From: Octopus bimaculoides
Taxonomy: Eukaryota
Direction: 5' to 3'
DNA: 34,431 nt
Assembly: GCF_001194135.2 (NCBI RefSeq)
Contig: NC_069005.1
Location: 30,135,305-30,169,735 of the forward strand
Made by a program: the position numbers and the translations under genes. The notes under the pieces were generated by a model that worked only from the letters and a program-made list of their open reading frames with translations, was not told the DNA's origin and did no database searches. This document shows positions 23,925 through 32,366 of the stretch, in pieces. How positions within the stretch are numbered: the first letter of the stretch is position 1; each line of letters begins with the position of its first letter.

Positions 23925-24243
23925 TATTCCGTTGGTTATGACAATGAGGGTTCCAGTTGATCTGATCGAAGGAACAGCCTGTTCACGAAATTAATGTGCA
24001 AGTGGCTGAGCACTCCACAGACATGTGTACCCTTAACGTAGTTCTCAGGGAGATTCAATGGGACACAGAATGTGCCAAGGCTAGCTCTCTGAAATACAAG
24101 TACTACTCATTTTTGCCAGCTGAGTGGACTGGAGGAACATGAAATAAAGTGTCTGGCTCAAGGACGCAATGTGCCACCAGGAATCAAACTCATGACCTTA
24201 TGACCCTGAGCCAAATACCCTAACCATTAAGCCACATGCCTTC
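23925..24243 (-). mobile_element. tRNA/CORE-type SINE, family C, full length
   Basis: Sense strand has head GGCATGTGGCTTAATGGTTAGGG, B-box GAGTTTGATTCC, core CTTGAGCCAGACACTTTATTTCATGTTCCTCCAGTCCACTCAGCTGGCAAAAATGAGTA, and tail with GTGGAGTGCTCAGCCAC. Confidence 0.8.
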
Positions 24244-24419
24244 ACCACCATCACAAGCAACAAGATACCACCGTCATCATCACTACCACTGTCGCATCAA
24301 TGTTGTCATTATCACCACCACCATTATTGTCAACATCATCATCAGCACCATCATCATTGTCACCATCACTACAACCACATTCATTGTTTTAACATCCTTC
24401 TCTTCCTCATCATCATCAT

Positions 24420-24605
24420 CATTTAACATTTGTTTTTCCATGCTGGCATGGGTTGGATGGTTCAACAGGAGCAGGCAAGGCTGGAGGGCTGCACCAGGCT
24501 CCAGTCATCTGTTTTTGGCATGGTTTCTACAGCTGGATGCCCTTCCTAACACAAACCACTTTACAGTGGTGAACTGGATGCTTTTTTCATGTGGCACCAA
24601 CACTT
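24420..24605 (-). mobile_element. RTE-type 3' tail element ending in (ATG)n
   Basis: Shares CCAACCCATGCCAGCATGGAAAA ... GATGATGATG with fragments at 3025-3070 (+) and 20860-20960 (+). Confidence 0.55.
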
Positions 24606-24690
24606 TTTTCCAGCATTGGACTGGAATCCACAAAATGATGAAATAGATTTACCTCACCCCCACCCCTTCCCATGACATCCTACACACACA

Positions 24691-24852
24691 CTGTTTAGTC
24701 TTTACTTCAGCTTTCATCACATATCCTGTGACCTCTTCACTCTTTGTCCCATGTGTGTTGTCTTGTTTAGTCCATTTTGTCTGAAATGAATGCAAGCGTC
24801 TTTTATAACCCTGGGCCAACTAATATCTGAAGAATGAATTTGGTGAACAGAA
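24691..24852 (+). repeat. 162-bp direct repeat, copy 1
   Basis: Ungapped alignment to 25220-25381 with 7 mismatches by hand count. Confidence 0.92.
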
Positions 24853-24936
24853 GCAGTACTTAGGATCAAATATTTGTCACCTCCCTCTGTTGGAAAAGCT
24901 ACAAGAACCAGCAACAAGGCAGCAGAAGATACTCAC

Positions 24937-25050
24937 CTGAGGGAAATTCTTCTCCATCTCTATGTATGGTGGGATCAATTGATGATGTAGTCGTGGGAAA
25001 CTGATACTCTTTGCTAATGATTTATTGAACCACATAGACTCAGCAAAGAC
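24937..25050 (-). CDS. GGT1-like: GGT coding exon 10
   Basis: GTTTCAG acceptor, GTGAGT donor, 114 nt, phase 0-0. VFAESMWFNKSLAKSISFPRLHHQLIPPYIEMEKNFPQ contains the PRLH.QL.P motif. Confidence 0.95.
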
Positions 25051-25219
25051 CTGAAACAAGCATGAGATATGGGTTAGATAAAAGGTGGAGTGGAAATAAA
25101 TATTATATGTACATACCTGCACGGCCACGATGATCACTCATTTATTCCTTCTATTGTTATACTTGGGGATGGTCATATTTTACCAATTAAACACATACAT
25201 ACACACACCCACACACACT

Positions 25220-25381
25220 CTGTTTAGTCTTTACTTCAGCTTTCATCACATATCCTGTGACCACTTCACTCTTTGTCCCATGCGTCTTGTCTTGTTTAGT
25301 CCATTTTGTCTGAAATGAACGCAAGCGTCTTTTATAGCCCTGGGCCAACCAATATCTTAAGAATGAATTTGGTGAACAGAA
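25220..25381 (+). repeat. 162-bp direct repeat, copy 2
   Basis: Offset 529 bp from copy 1. The two copies flank GGT exon 10. Confidence 0.92.
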
Positions 25382-25390
25382 ATGGTGAAG

Positions 25391-25624
25391 AAGGCAGCGA
25401 GCTGGCAGAAATGTTAGAACGCTGGGCAAAATGCTTAGTGGAATTTCGTCTGCCGTTACGTTCTGAGTTCAAATTCCACCGAGGTCAACTTTGCCTTTCA
25501 TCCTTTCGAAGATCAATAAATAAAGTACCAGTTACGCACTGGGATCAATATAATCAACTTAATCCCTTCGCCTGTCCTTGTTTGTCCCCTCTATGTTTAG
25601 CCTCTTGTGGGCAATAAAGAAATA
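25391..25624 (+). mobile_element. tRNA-derived SINE, family A, near full length with TSD
   Basis: A-box-like CTGGCAGAAATGTTAG and B-box GAGTTCAAATTCC. Flanked by AGAAATGGTGAAGAAG (25378-25393) and AGAAATGGTGTAGAAG (25625-25640). Confidence 0.85.
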
Positions 25625-25635
25625 AGAAATGGTGT

Positions 25636-25930
25636 AGAAGCCCATCGTTTATATATATATATGTATGTATGTGTACATGTGTGTATATATATATATATAT
25701 AACACACAAATATACACACTTGTGTGTGTGTGTGTCAGTGTTTATTCTCTGCAATTGCTTGACAATGTGTTGGTTTGTTTACATCCCCTTAGCAATTTGG
25801 CCAAAGAGGCCAATATAATAAGTATCAGGTTTAAAATAAGTACTGGGGTCAATATATTTGACTAAAACTCTTCGAGATGGTGCCACAGCGTGACCTCAGT
25901 CATGCTGTGACTGGAACAAGTAGAAGATAA
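25636..25930 (+). mobile_element. Family-B SINE, 3' half, ending about 30 bp from the exon 9 donor
   Basis: GAAGCCCATCG + TA/TG repeat + GCTTGACAA ... AAATAAGTACTGGGGTC ... GACTGGAACAAGTA matches the family-B tail. Confidence 0.6.
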
Positions 25931-25960
25931 AAAAAAAAAGAAAGAGATCATGTGACTTAC

Positions 25961-26201
25961 GTATGCGGTGCCTGTTGTTATACGACTTCCACCAGAAGCA
26001 CCAAGGACACTTATGACGTCCCCGTTTTGATCAACGATGATGGCTGGTGACATTGAGGACATAGGCATCTTGCCTGGGGCAATGTAGTTGGTCTTTGATG
26101 ATGGAATCCCAAACTCATTTGTTTTATTTGGAGTGGAGAAGTCATCCATCTCATCATTGAAGACAATTCCAGTACGTTTGCCCAACACTTTGGAACCGAA
26201 A
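25961..26201 (-). CDS. GGT1-like: GGT coding exon 9 (lid loop, DDF, SSM and GG oxyanion motifs)
   Basis: TCTTTCTAG acceptor, GTAAGT donor, 241 nt. (Y)FGSKVLGKRTGIVFNDEMDDFSTPNKTNEFGIPSSKTNYIAPGKMPMSSMSPAIIVDQNGDVISVLGASGGSRITTGTAY. Confidence 0.96.
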
Positions 26202-26678
26202 CTAGAAAGAAGAAAGGGAAGATCGGAAAGTGAAAGAAATGAGATGAGAAGATGACGAAAGATAATGAATGATAACAGATACCGACAATCCAACATACCT
26301 CCACCATCAGCTACCCTGCATACATACACACACACACACACAGACACACACACACACACACACACATATGGCTTCTTTCAGTTTCCGTCAAGGAAATTCA
26401 CTCACAAAGTTTTGGTTAGCTTGGGGCTATTGTGGAAGAACGAAGGTGTCAAGCAGTACAGCTAAACCCAAAGCAAATTTCTTAACCTCACAGAAATAAA
26501 TACACACAAACACAGCCAGTCACGTCATTAATATTCCCCTGTGGCAGGGCTGGTCCTTTGAAGTACTGTTAGAGTCCATTTGACAAGCTTCTACACCATT
26601 TATTTTGTACGCAATGCCTGAAAGTGTTTTTGTTTATAATTCAGTAATTAAGTTTGGACTGATCAAAGCTATCACCAA

Positions 26679-26711
<33 letters not shown>

Positions 26712-26806
26712 CACAACAGGATTACAGTAGTCACACTTACACACAGACACAAACATTTAGACATGTACTCAGAATGCCAATGTAATAATTACTAATAACT
26801 ACTTAC

Positions 26807-26994
26807 TATGAGTTGACTGTGCTTGTCATGGAGACAGCATCACCATTGGGCCCCAGAAGACAGAGATGGGAAGTTCCGATATAGTCACGGATTGTGAATG
26901 CTGGACCATAATAGGAATAGTTAAATGTCCTTGAGTCATTGATGCGACTCCGAATTTCATCGCCATAACCTCGATCTGTAATGTTCTGTACAAG
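26807..26994 (-). CDS. GGT1-like: GGT coding exon 8 (autocleavage site and catalytic Thr)
   Basis: ACTAACAG acceptor, GTAAGT donor, 188 nt. LVQNITDRGYGDEIRSRINDSRTFNYSYYGPAFTIRDYIG/TSHLCLLGPNGDAVSMTSTVNS(Y). The G-T-S-H Ntn nucleophile Thr codon is at 26872-26874. The frame is not in the ORF track. Confidence 0.96.
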
Positions 26995-27270
26995 CTGTTA
27001 GTGGAAGAGAAAGAAAGACCTGTACATATGCAGTTGTGTGCACATGAGCATGTGTAGGTGCATACATACATACATACATATATACCTGTGTATAAAGGTG
27101 ATAAAATGAGTATGGTGAACTTGTTGCGAGGAGAGAAAAATTCATTGTTTTAAACACAGTCCTTCTTGGGGTTCGGGGGAGAAATCAATGGGAGACAGCA
27201 AAATTTTACATTTTGTAAGTTAAGAAAACTGGCTGCAACCGATAAAGAATGCAAGACAGGGTCCCATTAC

Positions 27271-27407
27271 CTCAGTCATATTGGCCACAAATTCCTTATC
27301 TCCCATCCTGGACCTGGCAGCATAGGCAAACTTGAATGCCTCAATCATACGATGGTAGGCAGTGGCCTTGTCCTTGTCGTTGATTTTGTTCACGGTGTAA
27401 TTGTAAC
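27271..27407 (-). CDS. GGT1-like: GGT coding exon 7
   Basis: CTTTTAG acceptor, GTAATG donor, 137 nt. (G)YNYTVNKINDKDKATAYHRMIEAFKFAYAARSRMGDKEFVANMTE matches YHR..EAF.FAYA.R..LGD..F. Confidence 0.95.
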
Positions 27408-27774
27408 CTAAAAGAAACAAAGAACATGTAGATGCTTGTAAATTAATACACACACACACACACACAATTGTTTTAATGTCCATTTTCCTCATATTTACAA
27501 AGATCATGAATGATTCACTGGAGCAAGTTTTCTTCGACCAGGTACTCTTCCTGTTGCCAACCCTCACCTGTTACCAAGCATGGTAATACTTTCCCCTTAT
27601 CCAGACAAAGACACAGAAATACACGCCCGGCCACCTACCCACACTTTTCAGCTTCTGCCAAGAAAATTTGGGACACTGCTGCACGAAGGTGACACTCGTT
27701 TACAATTATCGCATGATGTCAAGCCAAGAACAATACCAGATACACACACGTGTGAGTGTGTGTATGACATGCTT

Positions 27775-27912
27775 CTTTCAATTTCTACCAAATTCTCTGG
27801 CAAGGCTTCAGTTAGCCTGAGGTTATAGCAGAAGATACTTGCTCAGAGCCATGCAGTAGGACTGAACCCAAAACCATGTGGTTGGGAAGCAAACGTCTTA
27901 CCACACAGCTGC
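27775..27912 (-). mobile_element. Family-B SINE, 5' part
   Basis: CTTCTTTCAATTTCTACCAAAT ... GAGGTTATAGCAGAAGATACTTGC ... GGACTGAACCCAAAACCATGTGGTTGGGAAGCAA ... TTACCACACAGC. Confidence 0.7.
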
Positions 27913-27959
27913 ACCTACATGTGCATGAGTGTAAGCATGTAGAGATGGGGTTAGTGATA

Positions 27960-28560
27960 ATGATGGTACAACGCCTAAAATTATGGTGGAAGGAGCTAGT
28001 TGATTATATTGACCCCACCCCAGTGCTCAACTGGGACCTATTTTATTGGCCCCAAAAGAATGAAAGGCAAGGCTGGTCTCAATGGAATTTGAACCTGGAA
28101 TGTAAAGATGAAATGCTGCCAAGCAATTTTGTTTGGTGTGCTAATGATCCTGCCAGCTCACCATCTTAATAATGGTTATATTAATGGTTTCAAATTTTGG
28201 TACAAAGCCAGCAATTTCAGGAGACGGGTTAAGTTGGTTTCATTGACCCCAATACTCAACTGGTACTTATTTTATTGACCCCCAAGAGGATGAAAAGTGA
28301 AGTCAATCTTGGCAGAATAATAATGGTGATAGTAATCCTTTCTACTATAGGCACAACACCTGAAGTTTTATGAGGGGGGGGAGGCTAGTCAATCCCATCA
28401 ACCCCAGTGTGTAACTGGTACTTATTTTATCAACCCCAAAAGGATTAAAGGCCAAGTCAACCGTGGTGGAATTTGGACTCAAAGCATAATGACAGATGAA
28501 GTGCCACTAAGTATTTTGCCTGGTGTGCTAACAATTCTGCTGGCTCGCCACCTTAATAAT
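27960..28560 (-). mobile_element. Three tandem family-A SINEs in GGT intron 6
   Basis: Three repeats of the plus-strand pattern ATTGACCCC ... CTGGTACTTATTTT ... GATGAAAG ... CTGCCAGCTCACC/CTGGCTCGCCACC separated by (AAT)n. Confidence 0.7.
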
Positions 28561-28669
28561 GGTGATGATAAAGTATTGTTGATGTATTGCATTCACTACA
28601 TTGAAATAGTCAGTCTCTCTCTCTCTCTCATTCTTTCTCTTGTCTCACCAGAAAAGTCAGTCCACTTAC

Positions 28670-28819
28670 CATCGAGGATATTCAATATATAGAGCAGTAC
28701 TGGTCCACTGGATGGCAGTCGGGTGGAATAGATCGTGTGGCCACTGGACAAAGTAAAATGGACAGCATTCTCTACTCGGGCTGTGTAATTTTTCAAATCT
28801 TCTAATGTGATGTTGCCAC
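28670..28819 (-). CDS. GGT1-like: GGT coding exon 6
   Basis: TAAACAG acceptor, GTAAGT donor, 150 nt. (G)GNITLEDLKNYTARVENAVHFTLSSGHTIYSTRLPSSGPVLLYILNILD(G) matches GG.IT.EDL..Y and P.SG..L..ILNIL. Confidence 0.95.
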
Positions 28820-28865
28820 CTGTTTATAGAAAAAAGGTAAAAAAAATAAATGTGGAACATAGCAG

Positions 28866-29122
28866 GAAAAACTTTATTTCACATTGCTCCAGTTCACTCA
28901 GCTGTAGATAAGAGTTGCGATGTCACTGGTGCCAAGCTGTATTGGCCTCTTAGCCCTATCCCTTGGGTAACATCGGTGGCATGGAGAGGAGAGGCTGGTA
29001 TGCATGGGCGATTGCTGGTCTTCCCTAAACAACCTTGTCTGGACTTGTGCCCTCAGATGGGTAACTTTCTAGGTGCAGTCCCATGGTCGTTCATGACTGA
29101 AAGGGAGCCTTTACACTTTACT
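28866..29122 (+). mobile_element. Headless family-C core with a third tail type
   Basis: ACTTTATTTCACATTGCTCCAGTTCACTCAGCTG core, then a distinct ~200-bp tail ending CTTTACACTTTAC. Confidence 0.55.
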
Positions 29123-29165
29123 GATGTTTCCAATCTTCCATGCAGACATATCTGGCTATTGGGAA

Positions 29166-29166
<1 letters not shown>

Positions 29167-29240
<74 letters not shown>
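29167..29240. repeat. (TA)n(CA)n compound microsatellite in GGT intron 5
   Basis: About 11 TA units followed by about 24 CA units. Confidence 0.95.
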
Positions 29241-29242
<2 letters not shown>

Positions 29243-29800
29243 CACATGCACATATATACATGCATACACACACACACACCACACATAGGTATATACTGTG
29301 GTGTTGGACTAAAACAACATTTCTTTTAATGAGAATAGCAGACAAGAAAGATATTGTAGGTACAGATGTCAAGAGGTTGTAACATACCTTAAGACTCCGC
29401 ACATTTCACACATAGAATCTACCTACTTGTGAGGATATTCTCCCTGTTTTCATAATGTTTAACAGGTTCAGACAGGTTTTTGATTTGGTACGACAACCCC
29501 GAATAAGGTGGATGAACAGTGGGCTCATGGTGGTGGTGGGGGACGTGACTACTGATCTCTCATTGTTTATTTATGAATGTGTGTGAGTGCATAAACACTG
29601 CAGCTGTGGGTGTGTGGTAAGAAGTTTGCTTCCCAGTCACATAGTTGCAGGTTCAGTCATGCTGAATCTCCCTGAGAAATTGCATTAACGGTGCATGTGC
29701 TTGTGGAGTGCTCAGCCACTTTCACATCAGTTTCACAAGCAGGCCGCTCCATTGACTATCAGCTGGAACACATTGTCATAACCAACAGAGAGTTGGGCAC

Positions 29801-30195
29801 TTACTCTTGTACTTGTTTCAGTCATTTTGACTGTGGCCATGCTGGAGCACTGCCTTTAGTCGAGCAAATCGCCCCAGGACTTATTCTTTGTAAGCCTAGT
29901 ACTTAATCTATCGGTCGCTTTTGCTGAACCGCTAAGTTACGGGGACGCAAACACACCACCATCGGCTGTCAAGCGATGGTTGGGGTACAAACACAGACAC
30001 ACAAACACACATATACACACACACATATATATACGACAGGCTTCTTTCAGTTTCTGTCTACCAAATCCACTCACAAGGCTTTGGTCAGCCTGAGGCTATA
30101 GTAGAAGACACTCGCCCAAGGTGCCACGCAGTGAGACTGAACCTGGAACCATGTGGTTGGTGAGCAAGCTACTTACCACACAGCCACTCCTACAC
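29801..30195 (-). mobile_element. Full-length tRNA/CORE-type SINE, family B (about 390 bp)
   Basis: Sense strand has head GGAGTGGCTGTGTGGTAAG, B-box GGTTCAGTC, CORE-like CCTTGGGCGAGTGTCTTCTACTATAGCC, an internal TA/TG microsatellite, and tail ending CAGTCAAAATGACTGAAACAAGTA. Confidence 0.85.
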
Positions 30196-30296
30196 CTTAA
30201 TCTTAGTTAAACTTATTTTGAAGCCTTTGAATTTCTATAGATTCAATTGTAACAGATAGACCATCACCATCATAAGTATAATTCAGACCAACTAAC

Positions 30297-30460
30297 CGCT
30301 GTCTTTAATGTCAGCCACTATGTCCTTCGTTAAACTGCTGTCGTAGAAAGCATCCACACCACCCTCTGCGATCTTCTCCAGTGTGTCTCCAAGTTTCGGG
30401 TTTTTTATTATCTCCCCTGCTTTGAACCAGTCATTCGTCTCGTTGTTCCACAGAAAATTC
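30297..30460 (-). CDS. GGT1-like: GGT coding exon 5 (exon 4 not visible, probably in the gap)
   Basis: TTCAATCAG acceptor, GTTAGT donor, 164 nt. NFLWNNETNDWFKAGEIIKNPKLGDTLEKIAEGGVDAFYDSSLTKDIVADIKDS(G) matches the GGT P.L..TL..IA..G...FY.G motif. Starts phase 2, ends phase 1. Confidence 0.93.
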
Positions 30461-31501
30461 CTGATTGAAAGATAAAAAAGACATTTACACATAAAACATG
30501 CATGCTTTTGAGCAAAACGGTGACGATGTTGACTTTCCTGTTGACATTATGGCCGGCTGCTCTGCACTTTCTAAGACTTTCGAACAAAAAGTCCCTTATT
30601 TGGAAATCAGGTGAAGATTAGGGACAGGAAAAAACCAACCAGGTCTGAAATCCTGTCACACAGACATACATGTATGCATATATATATGCAAATGTATTAA
30701 TTTAGGGAAGGTTCCGGAACCTTCTCTATGCTAGATCTGGAACTCACAGTGGTTTAGCGACAGAGACTGATAGAATAAGGACTATGCTTAAAAAATAAGT
30801 CCTGGGGTTGAGTTGTTAGACTAAAAAATTTATATATATATATATNNNNNNNNNNNNNNNNNNNNNNNNNNNNNNNNNNNNNNNNNNNNNNNNNNNNNNN
30901 NNNNNNNNNNNNNNNNNNNNNNNNNNNNNNNNNNNNNNNNNNNNNNNNNNNNNNNNNNNNNNNNNNNNNNNNNNNNNNNNNNNNNNNNNNNNNNNNNNNN
31001 NNNNNNNNNNNNNNNNNNNNNNNNNNNNNNNNNNNNNNNNNNNNNNNNNNNNNNNNNNNNNNNNNNNNNNNNNNNNNNNNNNNNNNNNNNNNNNNNNNNN
31101 NNNNNNNNNNNNNNNNNNNNNNNNNNNNNNNNNNNNNNNNNNNNNNNNNNNNNNNNNNNNNNNNNNNNNNNNNNNNNNNNNNNNNNNNNNNNNNNNNNNN
31201 NNNNNNNNNNNNNNNNNNNNNNNNNNNNNNNNNNNNNNNNNNNNNNNNNNNNNNNNNNNNNNNNNNNNNNNNNNNNNNNNNNNNNNNNNNNNNNNNNNNN
31301 NNNNNNNNNNNNNNNNNNNNNNNNNNNNNNNNNNNNNNNNNNNNNNNNNNNNNNNNNNNNNNNNNNNNNNNNNNNNNNNNNNNNNNNNNNNNNNNNNNNN
31401 NNNNNNNNNNNNNNNNNNNNNNNNNNNNNNNNNNNNNNNNNNNNNNNNNNNNNNNNNNNNNNNNNNNNNNNNNNNNNNNNNNNNNNNNNNNNNNNNNNNN
31501 N

Positions 31502-31666
31502 GGCCTGGCTGGAGGCCTAACCCTCCAAGTTCTTTTACAGGACTTGAAAAAAACTGAAGGACTACTACAATAAGTATGTGAATCTGAGAGGGGAATGTAT
31601 TGAATAAAATCATAATTAACTGATACTTCTGTATTTTCTTTTACCCAAAGCCAAGAACTTTTCAAT
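31502..31666 (-). mobile_element. Mariner-type MITE (family of 8869-9087), truncated by the gap and a SINE
   Basis: Reverse complement matches the 8880-9040 body (AAAAGTTCTTGGCTTTGGGTAAAAGAAAATACAG... ATTATGATTTTATTCAA...). Confidence 0.7.
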
Positions 31667-31822
31667 GCGCAAGAGTGGCTGTGTGGTAAGTAGCTTGCTT
31701 ACCAACCACATGGTTCTGGGTTCAGTCCCACTGTGTGCCATCTTGGGCAAGTGTCTTCTACTATAGCCTCGGGCCGACCAAAGCCTTGTGAGTGGATTTG
31801 GTAGACGGAAATGGAAACTGAA
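31667..31822 (+). mobile_element. Family-B SINE, 5' half
   Basis: 31673-31811 matches the reverse complement of 30051-30189 at 128/139 positions. Confidence 0.88.
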
Positions 31823-31967
31823 AACACCACAAGCCAAATAAGTTGGATGTTGGGTAAGCAGTGCCAAAGAAGCAGCGCCAAAACACCTCATAACCTTTGT
31901 TCAATGGTTGTAGTTGAATGTTATGTAAATATAGAAAGTCTGACTGTGCTAGCCAGTGGGTTATTAC

Positions 31968-32062
31968 CATATCTAGAAGAAGCTCCATGATCATACATGT
32001 CCTCTGTAGCAAATCCTGGTGCAACCTCTCGTCCAAGTATGGATGTGAAATTCTTATCTTTC
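31968..32062 (-). CDS. GGT1-like: GGT coding exon 3
   Basis: GGAACAG acceptor, GTAATA donor, 95 nt. (R)KDKNFTSILGREVAPGFATEDMYDHGASSRY(G) carries the RE.AP motif with the substrate-binding Arg (human GGT1 R107 equivalent). Ends phase 1. Confidence 0.92.
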
Positions 32063-32084
32063 CTGTTCCAGATAGATAGATAGG

Positions 32085-32121
<37 letters not shown>

Positions 32122-32227
32122 TGATGATTAGAAAATTACTATTTTTAAATCTCACAACATGAGATATTCAGCAACAGTACTGATTGTTTGCCAACATAAC
32201 ATGGCAGTCCAGGTTTAGGACCAATGT

Positions 32228-32366
32228 TGCTGTAATTTAGCCCCGAGAGACATCGTCTCCAGCTGGCTATATGACATGATCTGTGTCCTTTTTTCGAAAA
32301 TATATGGACACAGATCGTGTCGTATAGCCCGCTGGAGACGATGTCTCTTGGGGCTAAATTACAGCA
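32228..32366. repeat. Near-perfect inverted repeat (MITE-like hairpin) in GGT intron 2
   Basis: 61-bp arms at 32228-32288 and 32306-32366 with 4 mismatches, and a 17-nt spacer. Confidence 0.9.

Noticed and set aside
25391-25490. tRNA gene
   Set aside because: A- and B-boxes are present, but the sequence continues into a repeated SINE body and I could not fold a cloverleaf. The same applies to the other SINE heads.
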